This document shows positions 25,085 to 37,560 of a stretch of DNA of 64,000 nt, piece by piece. Under the pieces are notes generated by a model, which was not told where the DNA came from, ran no database searches, and worked only from the letters and a program-made list of their open reading frames with translations. Position numbers and translations under genes: made by a program. The first letter of the stretch is position 1. Each line of letters opens with the position of its first letter. The stretch comes from Camelus dromedarius (taxonomy: Eukaryota), in NCBI RefSeq assembly GCF_036321535.1, contig NC_087436.1, positions 65,288,001 through 65,352,000 of the forward strand, read 5' to 3'.

Positions 25085-25480
25085 CTGTGCCTGGGGTACC
25101 TATGCAGGAGGGGTAGTAGGAAGGGATTTTAGGATTATCTGCAGAAATGAAGGGAAGGAGGTTAGACTGAGCAAAGGAACAAGTTGAGCTCTTTGGCAGC
25201 ACTAAGTGGATGCTCAGGCAACCCCACAGACGTATCCGGGGCATGAATCGCCCTTTAGATTTGCCCACCTTGAGGCAAGAGGCCCACGTTTTTACTGTCA
25301 TGTTAATAAGCCTTTGGATGTGGGCTGCCCTGGGAAGAGGTTTGTGACTAATGGTGACATGATCCGTGCTCTTTAAGTGACGTAGTTCCCAAAGAGGAGT
25401 GACGACTTAAGAGTGCCTGCCAGCAGCAATTCCAGCCCTGTGATAGGGCTTCTGGGCGGTGCCACACAGCAGCTAACACA
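25085..25480 (-). mobile_element. ERVL solo LTR, LTR16-like
   Basis: caaccccacag...ggcaagaggcc..gtttttact...ttggatgtgggctgccctgggaagagg; ends gccacacagcagctaacaca. Confidence 0.7.
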
Positions 25481-27214
25481 CAGAAGGGTCATGACAGTTA
25501 ATGGTAAAAGACTTCCCCTGTTAGAAGATGAAGTGCCACTTCAACAAGATGTAGCCCCAGCATAGCTGCTTTCCTAGTATTTTACTAGGGTAGATAAACA
25601 CAGCCTTTGGCTCTAGTCAAGCATTTACTAATATAGTCTGTTCTTTTTAATCCCAGTCAATAAGTAGTGTCCAAACGGTTTGCATTTACATAGGAAGGAA
25701 AGAAGTTCACATATCATCTGGTCCCAGGACTAAGTTTATTTCCCTGCTGTTTGTCAGTGTTTGATCTGAAAGGACCATGGTAAGGTTGATATAACATATA
25801 ATAACTAAAATGCTGATGACATCGATCTTTGCCTTGTTTCACATACATCTATGTAAAAGTATTTTATGAAAGGCAAACCACTATGAAATTGCTAATCAAC
25901 ATTTAGTGTAAATTACTGCATGTACTAATTAGTCCTATATGTAATTTTTGGGTTTTGCCAACTTTATCATTTCAGTTATTTTACTTTATTTTATTTACCC
26001 TTGGTGAATATGCCTTTCTGTTGCTTTTAACTTACTATTCATCTAAAACTGAAAGGCATTGGGAGTAGTGTGAAGAATATGTGATAATATTTTACACTCA
26101 TGTATGTCTGAAGAAAAATGCCAATGGGTACAGCGTTTGTGGACATAGAATGGCTCTACATCATTGTGAATTTGTGAAAAACAGTTTCCTCTAATTTTCA
26201 TCTTTAAAAATTTTATATTATCCCAGTGTCTAGATTTATTGTAAGCAGTTAAAGTCAGTGAAAGTCAAATGATCGAACATATATAGCAAAGTTTCTTTAA
26301 AGTATTGTACTATTGTTGCATGAACTTTAAGGTTATAGATTTATTAAGAATTGTAATGTAGAAGACATATGATTCTGACTTAAAAGGTGAAGTTTTAACT
26401 TATTACTTGAATAACATCAGAAGTTTTAAATCTATAATATATTCAAATATAGGCTATTGATGTTACTTTCTGAAGCGTTAACTTTGATCTAGGAACCCAT
26501 GTTTAATTTTTCTGTCCACTAAACTTAAATAAAACTCTAAATCATACAATACTGAGAACAACTGGTACATCATTCTTCTCTACTGCTGAAAAAAAAATAA
26601 AATCTCATTCTGTGATGCATATAAAGTTATATAATTGCAGTCAACCTGCATAAAACAAGAAATGAATACATATAAATGGGATATAAATATGATAATTAGG
26701 CATTAATTTATGCCATTTTATATCTGTGAAATGTACAGATATATCATCTGATTCTCTTTGTCTACCACTATTGAGGAGTAAGCTGCAATTTGAGGGTATT
26801 TAATGTTGTTTATAGTAAATTAAGGGAATGAGACTCTTTTAGATAATTCAGTCATGGATATTTAATTTAAAAAATTATTTACAGTAAACTGGTGCTGCAC
26901 CAAGTCAGTGTAGCTCAAGAGAACTATAAGATTTACATTAAAAAAACCCCAAAACTACATACTTTAAGCCTTCATGCAAACACAGTAACAGCCATAAAAA
27001 CTTTCATATAAGGTTGAAGTACCAAACTTGTTAATCACAGACAACAGAGAGAATTCTGGGATACCATTAATTTAGATGAAGAAAATTATATATATATATT
27101 TTTTTTCAGTAACTTCCAACTGAAATTTACTTCCATATATATGTCAGGCAATGAATTATGGTAATACTAGTGATGCCTGTAACTTTTTCACTAGAAGAAC
27201 TCACAGATACTTAT

Positions 27215-27530
27215 TTTCATATCCCCATTACCCCAGTTGCAAATATATCCTAGTATCTTTTATTCTGATCATTATTTTGAAATTATAACAATTTATACAT
27301 CTGACAATAATTTATTTAATACATTATCAAGATGCATATATTCAACTGTAGCACACTTCTAATATTGTAACTATATTTCATTATTATTGATTTCCTTTGT
27401 ATTAATAGATATTTAAAACAGTTTAAAGCATTTATTATTTTATACCTTTTTAGAGAAATGCTTAAAAACATTGTTCTAAGAAAGGCCACAGGTTAATAAG
27501 ATGGCCAAAGAAGCCCAAGGGTGGGGGGGA
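27215..27530. mobile_element. possible hAT-type DNA transposon remnant
   Basis: tgcttaaaaacattgttctaagaaaggccacagg.t.a..agatggccaaag resembles a Charlie-family subterminal motif; termini not resolved. Confidence 0.35.
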
Positions 27531-28784
27531 TGAAAACCCAAACCAACCAAATGACAGACAGGCTGTTTGATAACAACTCTCAGGGAAGTTAGGATCAAAA
27601 AAGTGCCTCACTAAATTTGAGTCAGAAAACCCAGAAAATGATCCAAAAATCTAGAAAATGGCCTGCTTGTTTGATATCCATGTTGTGGCTACATTTGTGT
27701 GTAAGAGCTGAGAAGAGATGGTGTCTACTTGAGAAGAGAGCATTAGTACAGAGTAACACTCAATCTTTGAAACACGAAATGGTGGTCCATGATTGATATA
27801 ATAATTAATTTGACATAAAAAAATAAGCTCTGACTTCAAGTAGATGTGAGTAAATCTGAAAAATATATATATTCCTCTGACATAAAATATGTTTATAAAT
27901 TTAGTAATGTATCAGTTAATAAAAAAATATTTTATGATATATATTTTAATGTATTTATATATGTACACATTATCTCATGACCTTCCAGAACTCTTAATTC
28001 TGTACTGAAGACTGTGATAATTAAGCATTTCTAAATATTTTTTTAAGTGTGGAACCTTCTTTTCTTGAGCATAATATAGGAATACATAGAAAATCCTAGG
28101 TTAGAATTATAAAAGTAAAAACAAATTCTTCCGTGGCTACTCCTTGTCTTAACAAGCAGTAAGGATTTCAGGACAAGGCAGAAAAGATCAATAAGTGGAA
28201 GAGAGGACAGGTATTTCCAAGGCTAATTACTAAGTTCTCTGGAGAAGGGAGTGGAGTTTTCAGTGCCTGTACTGGAGGCCCTGAAAGCAAGAGTAGGATT
28301 TCGGGGGAGCTAGGAAGCTAGGGAGAAAGTAGCTTCAGTGTTTTATTTTGGGGAGTCAACAGGATCAAATCTGCTAAGAGTTACAAACAGGAGATGACTC
28401 TCTGCAAGAAGAGCCTGGCAGGGAGTTTCCAGAGCAGGCACAGTAGCCCTATCAGCCCTCCAATAACCTGGGCTGAGTCAGTGTCACTTCCAAGATCACC
28501 TGTCATCTGTAACACTTGTTACCCATCCTATTTTTTAATTTGAATATGTGCTTCCTTAGGGCTAATAAAGCTTATTATTAATAAAGCACACTCCAATTTC
28601 CATGAGAATATTTATATTATAAGCCAAGTTCCTGGGTCTTGAAAGAGAAAAAAGGTAGAAATAACCCAATTTTGAGAAAAAAATTTGGATACTGAGGTTT
28701 AGTTGATTGGAAGCTCAGTTATCTGCAAACAGTACACTGGAGTGAAATCTTAACCTGTGTTCATTGCAACTCAGGATGATAAAA

Positions 28785-29052
28785 TAGAAATAGTAAAAGC
28801 CACCATTCACTGAATGCTTATTAGGAGTCAAGTGGTGTGATGGGAACTTCACCTGTATAGCTCATCTGTTTCTTACGGGAACTTAGGAAATGAGTATCAT
28901 TGTCCTAGATTTACAAATGAAAAAGCCCTGATGCTTACAGAAATTGAGTAATTTGTTTTCCATCACTCAGCCACTAAGTGGCAGAGATAGATTTTAATTC
29001 TGATTCTTAAGATTCCAAACCTAGGCTCTAATAACTTGAATAGTTTGCCTCC
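28785..29052 (-). mobile_element. MIR SINE, near full length
   Basis: ccattcactgaatgcttatt...atttacaaatgaaaaagccctgatgcttacagaaattgagtaatttg...cactcagccactaagtggcagag. Confidence 0.82.
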
Positions 29053-29289
29053 ATATTTAAAGCAAAAAAAAAAAGTGTTTTTATAAAGGGGTAATTAATT
29101 AGTTTTGAATATTACCTTCTTTCCCTGTTTTCCTGAGGTCTTGATTGCAGAACTATAGTTCTAAAATACATAGATGAGTTAATCAGTAAAATTTTGCACC
29201 AGTACAAACCAGCCACAAATTTAGGTTTCCAAACAGTAAGAGTTCCATTTTGTCAAAAAGAAAACTTGAGTCTGCAGTATTTTTTCATG

Positions 29290-29465
29290 GAAGGAGACAG
29301 AGCGTTGGGACCCAAAAGCTCAATCATGTATCATAGTTCTTTCCCTACTAACTTCATTATCTTAAGCACACATCACCTCACAATTCTGAGGCACAGTTTC
29401 TGTGTCCTTAACAGGGAGGACATCGGTATCTGCCTTGCAGTACATTGCAAGCCTATAAAGAGGCA
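29290..29465 (+). mobile_element. MIR fragment
   Basis: ctactaacttcattatcttaagca..catcacctcac..ttctgaggcacagtttc core. Confidence 0.55.
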
Positions 29466-30319
29466 ATGAAAGGGACGCATCCAGAATGACTGTTCTTTTT
29501 GCAAACAGGACAGTTTAAAAGTCCAGTTTAATAAGACTAGCAGTTTTCGATCAAACTACCTAACTGAGAGACAGTTTAATTAACTGAGCACAGAGGCTTA
29601 ACCTGTGCTGGGTATCCTGGTCTTTCACTTAAGAGTGACGGTACACGTTAAATTATATCATTCTATAAAAGATCAACTATAAGTGCAATTCCCTTATGTT
29701 TCAAATAAACCTTCAGGAGAGAGTGCCCCTGCAGAATTGCCACAGCTCTAAGTCTCACCTTTGATATGTCTTTATTGTTCTTCATTATAATTTTATTGAT
29801 AAGGCCTTGACAAGAAATAGAGATCCTTTAACCTTACTTGTTAAGTAAAGGAAAATGCTTAAGCAGGAATTCATTACAGACCATGAACCTATAAAGTAGA
29901 AAACTAATATTCGTGACTTTATATTCACTGAAAAACCTTAACCTTTAGGAATCATTAGCTTTCCGGATAGTCCATAAAGTTAAACCGAGCAGCACAAGGG
30001 CAGATGTGGAGGATCAGAGAAGAGCGTAGATCATAAACGGCATCACCACTTAATGTTGCTTGAGCAACACTCTTCTCCAGGCTCTCGGCAAGTAGCAAAA
30101 AGTTTTCAGAGCGCAGGTTCCTCAAGGAATACTACCAGGGGAAGTAAGTTGCTTTCTAAAACAAAATAAAATGGCACGTCTCCCAGGGTATGTGGGATTT
30201 AATGTGTGGCTATGGAAGAACCCTTCCCATTCACTCTACTCCAGGGTATTGAGGCCAAGGGAAATGAGTTCTTAACTTCATTTGGGATTGTACAAAGCCT
30301 TCCTCTGTGTGTGTGTGTG

Positions 30320-30775
30320 TGTTTCAGTTTTCTTTTGCTTCAAAAATGTATCAAATGAACCACCTCAAACTTCAGAGTCTTAACATGAGAGTTCTTTTCC
30401 CTTACATCTGTGGGTTGGCTTGGTGGTTCTGCAGAGCTGGGCTGGGCTGGCGTGATCTTGACTCTTCTTGCTTCCATGCCTGAGTCAGCTGGCAGGCTGG
30501 CTGGAAGCTCACTGATCTAGAAGGACCTCATTTCTGCTGCACGTGTCCCTCACATCCCAGGAGGCTCAAATTTTATCTCACGCTGGTGACAGAATACAAG
30601 GGTGAGAAGACTAGATGTGCAAAAAGGCAAGCATGCAGTTTTCAAGCCTTTCCTTGTCCCATATTTGCTGACATCCAGTGACCAAAGCCAGTAACAGTGG
30701 GAGAGGACTACAAGATCACAGGGCAAAGTGTGTAGATATTGGGAAAACATTAATCCTGGTGATTAACATCGAATA
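30320..30775 (-). mobile_element. MaLR LTR (MLT1G/H-like) preceded by (TG)n
   Basis: aaccacctcaaactt; tctgtgggttggcttggtggttctgc; gtcagctggcaggctggctgg; tttgctgacatcc.gtgaccaaagc.agt. Confidence 0.75.
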
Positions 30776-31589
30776 TTCTGGATAAAAGGGGAGAGTTGAA
30801 GATAAGAGTTAGGGTCACTGTCCTCACCCACCCTTGTGTTCCTCATAGGTTGTGGAAGCATCTCCTTTATTCACAGATACCAAACTAGCTGTAGTCTTGT
30901 TATTCATAAACGCTTTCCTTCCCAAGAGTTCTCCCAGAAGGGAGAAAAGGGGTTTGTTTTATTTTTTCAGGCTTGTTAAATTAACACATCATTCCAGAAA
31001 AGAAAGACATGAACCCTTTGTGAGATACAATCTTGATGTCGGATTTCTGTCTGAGCTACTCCCCATCTGAACCTACTCCAAGAATTGCTGATAGGACTTG
31101 ACCCTTCCATCACCAATTTCCAAAAGCTTTTGGAGCCCACATTATGAGCTGATAATGAAGTTTTATTGCTGTAAATCACCCCTTAAATGCTTTATTTTTG
31201 GACACTGAGTCTCATTATAACTCGAAAATTATGCCTTCAGTCAGTTCATCCTTCCATTCTTTTTGGATATCGTGGCTGGTGGTGCATTTATTTCTGACTT
31301 CTAATTAGTTACAGCACATAATCCCAAACTCATTACAGATCACTTTATCAATGTATCTTTGTTCAAGGTAAAGACTTCAGTGCTCATCTTCTTTTCTTTG
31401 TAATGTACCTCATGATTGCTTGTCTCGGTCTGGCATAGCCCACTAGGCCTTAGAGAGGATAGTGAGCTCACGTGCACTTACCTTAAATGGCTGATTTATT
31501 CCTTGCTTCTGTCTGACACCATTGGCTCTTTTATATTTATGTCTATTATTGATTGCTTGTTGATCTTCCATTTCCCTTGAGAGAAGAGT

Positions 31590-31720
31590 TATTACCGCGT
31601 GTTATTACACATCAGTACGTCTTTATAGTCGAGGACACCAAGGCTCAGCAGGACAAAGTGCCTGGTTCAATGAGACTATGAAAGTAAAAGAGGAAGGGTT
31701 CAAAACCTGATCTTCTCAAA
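31590..31720 (-). mobile_element. MIR fragment
   Basis: tttatagtcgaggacaccaaggctcag..ggacaaagtgcctggttcaa core. Confidence 0.55.
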
Positions 31721-32597
31721 ACATCAACATTTACTGACTGTTCAGCTAATAGAATCCAACTTTTTTAAAGCATTTGAGAAGTAGATTGTTTTCTTTAAAA
31801 GATGAATATTTCTTGAACGTTTAAAGTAATTCCAAGCATAGGATTTCCTCTAAAAGGGAGCTAAATGCTGCACAGAAATTGCTATATTGCAAAATAGAAA
31901 TAATATATGGCATTAAAAAGTACTGATGTGTTTATCAAGACTAATTTTGAACTTTTTACCTACAAGATAACATTATTGGGACAACGCAGTAAAGGGCCAA
32001 GCCACGTAGGTGTCACAACGTTACGCTCTCATCGCTAATAAGCTTAGCTTTTCAATTCTTAACCCAGTTCAATTTTTGACGTGTGATTCATAGCTTACCA
32101 TGTTTTCTGTTGCAGGACATTATTCAAGATATATTAGATGCATGCTGTATCATATTTCTTCAAAAGAGATGTTAAAATATGCTCTTTGTGTAAATTAGAC
32201 TGACAGATTTTGTGTGACCCCCCACCCCTCACCCCAAAACAGATAGCACTTTCAAGAATACATAAAGTAACAAGGGTGAAAAGTGACATCAACCGAAAGG
32301 AACATTGTTAATGACGCATAAGGATATTCAGGAAAAGGTTTGAAAAGAAAGGAAATGAAAATTTTTAAGTTTTTTTTTAAAGTTTGCTATAAATAAATAC
32401 AAGAAAGAAGCTGGAGAATTTTTTTTTTTCTTTTCTGAGGAATGAGTCATAAACATGCCTATTCTGCTCTTATACTCATTTTCAGTTTACTCCCTCATTA
32501 TTAATAGACTCTGTGGGCCTGGAGGGTTAGAACCACATCCAACACAGGGTGGGAAGACTTTACTAGTACCTTTAACTTGCCATTAATACAGTGAAGG

Positions 32598-33138
32598 TGT
32601 TACCCAAAAGGAAAAGAAAAAGACCCCAGTTCTTGTTTTACCCGAAAGACAAGATTACGAATGGGAGACAATGTGTTGTGTCGCAAAAGATTTTAAAGGA
32701 TTTATTTAAAAAAAGAAAAGTACACCCCCAAGAACGGGAGGCGGGCTGACCCAAGGGAGGGAAAGCGGAGGCTTTTGTCTCCCTTTCTCTTACACCCTCG
32801 CTCAGAGGTGGTCTCTTGATTGACGGCTCTGTCCCTGGAATGCTTACTCATGTTTGGCCCCTTTGCGCATGTCCTTACCCATGGCGTTACACAGAAAACC
32901 CCATGGTGGGGGGCGGGCCTAAACCACAATGTTCATTATAATACAATGAGCATTGGGTTGTGTCTGGTTAAGTCCTTTCTGCTGCCCTGCAGTCTTGGCT
33001 CTTAGGTTCTAACCGGTTTCTTGCTGGCACTGTTTAGAAAAAGTCCCTTTATGCTGGAGGCGGGCATAAAGCCATCTGCCGACCATCCTCCCTCTTCACC
33101 TTTCTGCCTGGTGCCCCCACCTACCTACCTACCTAACA
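32598..33138 (-). mobile_element. relatively young ERV1-type solo LTR (541 bp)
   Basis: TGTTA...TAACA inverted termini; 4-bp flanks aagg / atgg; AATAAA on minus at 32701-32706; GC box 32910-32917; many retained CpGs. Confidence 0.85.
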
Positions 33139-33489
33139 ATGGGACAGAAGTACCTGAACTAAGCAGCTTCAGAAAATAACGATTTTGATACTGCAGATGT
33201 TGCTCTGTCACAGTAGTCAAGGGTTTGACTTATTTTTGGATGAAGAGGAAGTCATCGTTTGGGTAGTTAGACTGGTTTCTGATGCTAGTGGAAGAGATGC
33301 AATTCTTTATTTACATATGTGAAGTCCAAAAGGGACAGCATTTTATTGAACTAAATCTGAACCAGCCATCCTTAGCAGATTGAAAATTGTCAGGCAGCAT
33401 TTTCGTACCATCATCTGCTCAATGTTCTGTGGTTCTGCGATTTTTAACGTAGGGCAAGCAGTAATAAAGACTAAAAGCTTTTCGAGAAT

Positions 33490-33900
33490 GACTTTTTGTT
33501 ATAAAGGACATTATTGGGATAAGTGGCAAATCTTGAACGGTGTCTGAGGATTATACGGCAGTAACGCATCAGTGTTAATTTCCTGATCTTGATGGTTGTA
33601 TTATGGTTATATGGAGAATGTCCTTATTTGTAGAAAATACAAACTAAAGTGTTCAAAAGTGATGGGGCTTAGGTCAGCAGCTTACTCTTCAGTGGTTCCA
33701 GAAAAAAAAATGAGCTTTACAATACATTGTAACTTTTTAAAATTGATTTTTAATTGAAGTACAGTCAATTATAATGTGTCAAGTTCTGGTGTACAGCACA
33801 ATGTCCCAGTCATGCATAAACATACATATATTCATTTTCATATTTTTGTAACTTTTTGAAAGTTTGTCAGCCTATCAAAATTCAGTACATTTAAAAATTT
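33490..33900 (+). mobile_element. L1MC/L1ME-like 3' end, interrupted by a young L1
   Basis: aaaggacattattggga...atcagtgttaatttcctgat.ttgatggttgtatt.tggttat..ggagaatgtcctt. Confidence 0.8.
33739..33845 (-). mobile_element. very short young L1 3' end nested in the old L1
   Basis: L1 terminus ttgaagtacagtcaattataatgtgtcaagttctggtgtacagc; 12-bp TSD ttgtaacttttt at 33727-33738 and 33846-33857. Confidence 0.9.
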
Positions 33901-35259
33901 TTTAAATGACATTTTAAAACAATAGTTTAAAAGAGTTTTATAATGATAATATTGTATAAAAGTAATCATAATTTAATTCTTAATAGAAAAGTTTTATGGC
34001 CATTTTTGAATAATGCGTTTGATTTTTAATTTTACCTATTTTTAATTTCAAATGGATATAAGAAGGTATATAATGCATTTATAAATGCTGTCCAAGTAAT
34101 ACCAGGTGATAATAACTCTGGATAAAGTCAGTGTTAAATGCAGCAATGAAATGATAACTCTCAACTCTATATTAGCATAACACAAATAAAATAATGTCCT
34201 TCTAAGAAAGTGACACAATTTGGACTATTTCGCAGAGAAAGGTATTTCTGAATTATCATAACAAAGAGGGACACAACCTGAATATGTTATGGGATGAAGT
34301 CAGATATTGTGGTGGTCAAAACAACAATCCTAATCTTGAAATAGGGAGTGAATAACAGGGAAGGGGCAACTTAAGACAAGCACTTAGTCAAAAACAGAAG
34401 ATAAAAATTTTATGTGTAGCAGGCTGAAATATGTGGAGTACAAAAATCAGTCTAAGAAGAGGGGAGTGTGGGTGTTGACAAAGAAGAATGCAAATACATG
34501 CAAACAAGTAGATGACCTACGTCATTACTAGTTCAGAGGCAGTTACATGGCGATGTTCAAGTGTGATAGGCCTCTTTTTAATGTCAGAATTTTGTTTTGT
34601 AGACTTACAATCAGAACAAGAAGCCAGAATGTTTTTATACAATAAAACTAATGAATTAATATCTTCCAAAGAGGAATATATCTTTACTGTGGCTTGTGTT
34701 CGCCTGATAGTTCAACTCCCTTGCTCAGTGAATATTGTAAAAGCTCCCTATTTCTTTTGAATGTATTTTTGCACACCTGCCTTGCACGATTTAGCACATA
34801 ATTCCTTCAGTTGGTCAATTTAAAAACAATTGCTTTAGTGAAACACTATTTTTGAGGCAGTACTCTGTTAGTCTTTATTCATTTATTGATTTATTTAATG
34901 AATTCTGAACAGCCCTAAAAAAAGGATATTGTTTACTTTTCAAACTTCTTAGGCTTTATGAACTGGAATCATCTCTATGTGTTCATAAATAGTTTATTTA
35001 GCTCAATACTATAGTTTTGGATATTAATCCATATCAATGAATGTATGTAATCTAATCCTTTACTGTTTCATTGTATTCATTCTTTATACTCAGGCTTAGT
35101 GGGTCAGTTATAAACAGCATATTGAAGGAGTTACTGTCTTTTATTATTCATTTGTATTCTTTGTCTTTTAACGGCAAAATTTAATGAATTTATATTTATT
35201 ATAAATGAGATATTGATTTGATTTTACGTATTAGCTTGTGCTATTCTGTTTATCCGCCC

Positions 35260-35354
35260 AGATACGTGACCCACAGAAATTGTGAGATAGTACATGTTGT
35301 TGTTCTAAACCACTAAGTTTTGTGGTTGCTCTGCAGCCACAGACAAGCAATAAA
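35260..35354 (+). mobile_element. MLT1 LTR 3'-terminal fragment
   Basis: tgacccacagaaattgtgagata..a.atg..gttgttctaaaccactaagttttg. Confidence 0.7.
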
Positions 35355-35689
35355 AATCCCTAAAATACTAAGGGAAAGCAATTCCTTAACTAACATTCTT
35401 TTTGAAGTGTGACTTTGACCAGATACTTCTCACCTTCATTAGTCCATTACATAGTGGTAAATCACTATGATATTTTGATTTCGTGATCTGAGATAATGCC
35501 TATTTTATTCTCCTTTTGATACACAGAATCACTGCTATGTGAAGATTCTGTTACTAAATGAACATCTTTGGGAAGAATGTGAGCAGTAGGTTTAAGTAGA
35601 ATAATGTCAGCTCATGTGGTTGTCCTGGGATGCAATAAATTTTGTGATGGAGAAAGATCTGTCATTGGTATTTTTCACATCCACCAAGT

Positions 35690-36123
35690 ACTTTTGGTTT
35701 ATCCTTCCAGAGCAGTTCTCTGCTCTTCTCCTTCCGGATCTCTGCCCTTGGACTTCATCAGTGGCTTCCCCACTCTCTAGACTCCTATTGGGTTTAGCTA
35801 ACTTTGAACCCTGGGTAGGTCAGAGGGTGGCTGGAAAGTGAGGTTAGCAGATTGATTCCTTTGGTGTCCTGCCTGTGCCACTCTGGCTGATTCTGTCACT
35901 AGCTAGAAGGCCACTGGTCCTGTCAAGGCAGACTGCTCATAGAAATTCCTTTTTGTATAATTATGGTAACCTTTTCCTTTCTAGTACCCTTAGCTGTAGT
36001 ATAATGCACTATTCATAGCAGTCACCTCATACAAATATGTATAAAATAGCTCTTTGTAGTTACGCTTTCCTCAGATTATTCTGAGTATGTCTTCTGTTTC
36101 CTGTTGGGATTCTGCCTGATTCA
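35690..36123 (+). mobile_element. ERVL solo LTR, LTR33-like
   Basis: ctctagactcctattgggtttagctaa; ends tgagtatgtcttctgtttcctgttgggattctgcctgattca. Confidence 0.65.
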
Positions 36124-36513
36124 TCTCATTAAAATCCAGGATTTAAGTGAAAAGAAGGCCACTTTGATAGCAAGAAACTGTGGCTGGGAAATAGAGGGGT
36201 GAAACACTACTCTCTAAATGTTAGACCCAGGAGCAATCTAGCTGGTATTATATTATAGAGTCGTAAAAAGATCAAAGCAATAAAAAGAGTGCGCCCCCAG
36301 GTTTTGCATTCCACTGAGAATAGTGTTCACTCTTTTTATTACCATTGTTTTAAACTTTGAAGAAAGATAACTGGGTTTTAACAGAAAGGAGAATTTTATA
36401 AGGCTTGCTCACAGGTTCATATTTAAATGCATGCTGTCTTACAGTTCTGCATCTATTCAAGGTTGCTTCAAAGGTGTATCTCCTGTCTCCTGTTTTCCAC
36501 ACCTGTCATTCTT

Positions 36514-36978
36514 TATATTGGTTTAGAGCGCCTCAGAAGCAGAAATTGAGACAAAGATTTCAGTGCCAATAGATTTGGGGGGAGGGGGACAGGGGGGTAG
36601 ATAATCTCAGAATTACTCCCCTGTAGGAGAGTACTGGAGTGAGGCAGAAACTCCAAAAAAGGATCAGGTATCAAACTAGTTACCATGTGGCAGCTGAAGC
36701 TTAACCCCCACAGAGGAATTCTGGGAAACAGTGTAGAAAAGGTGCTCAGGGCTATCCCGCCTAAGCTGCAAAGACTCTGGGGTATTAATATTCGGACTCC
36801 CATCAGTGATTGATTAATCCCCTGCCCAGCCCGCCATTAGAATGGGCCCTGCCTACAGGGAAAACCCTCAGGCCAAGAAGAAAAAACCCCAAGCGCTGGC
36901 CTTTGGCAGTCTGGCTGGTCTGCACGGAAATGGCAGAGACCAAAGGGATGTACGCACAGCACCAGCAGTGCCTCAAGC
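36514..36978 (-). mobile_element. ERVL solo LTR, LTR16-like
   Basis: cagaagcagaaattgagacaaagatttcagtgc.aatag.ttt; ctggggtatt.ata..c..actcccatcagt.attg; gcaccagcagtg end. Confidence 0.75.
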
Positions 36979-37019
36979 CCTCCTGATTCATTTCCTGCAT
37001 TGCCCCCAGAATGCTCTTT

Positions 37020-37560
37020 GTTGAAAAGTAAATTTGATTCTGTAACCCATTTGCTTAGATACTTCAAAGTTGTTCACAAAATTCTTAGAATAAAGTTCAA
37101 AATCCTAAACATAATAGAAAGAGTGCCTGCAAGTTTCAGTCTCAGTTACTCTTCCATCCTCGTCAGCACTTTATGACCTCACTCCACCCACGGCAGGCTT
37201 CTCTCAGATTTCACAGTGCGCGGTGGCTCCTCCCAACACAGGACATCTGTGCCTGGCAGGCCCTCTTCTCCCTATTTACTTAATGTCTACTCTCTTTTCC
37301 AATTTTTGCTTATTAGTTACTTGTAGGCTAGGACAGCCTCCCCTAATCTCTGTTTGTGAAATCTACCTTTTATAGTATCAAATACCTTCTCTTTATAGAA
37401 TTTACCAGAGTTATTATTTTGCATTTATTTAAACATTTGTAATGTTTATCTCCACGAACTGACTACATGACCAAAATTTCAGGTTTTTCCCTCTGTAGTT
37501 ATGTCTGTACTATTTGACTAGTAACTGATAGGTGTTCTACAGAGATTCTATAATTAGTTT
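37020..37560 (+). mobile_element. L2 3' portion
   Basis: ttgattctgtaacccatttgcttagatacttcaa...cttagaataaagttcaaaatcct. Confidence 0.65.

Noticed and set aside
28140..28580. Purine-rich, GC-richer block resembling an old LTR
   Set aside because: Could not identify termini, TSD or family, so left unannotated.
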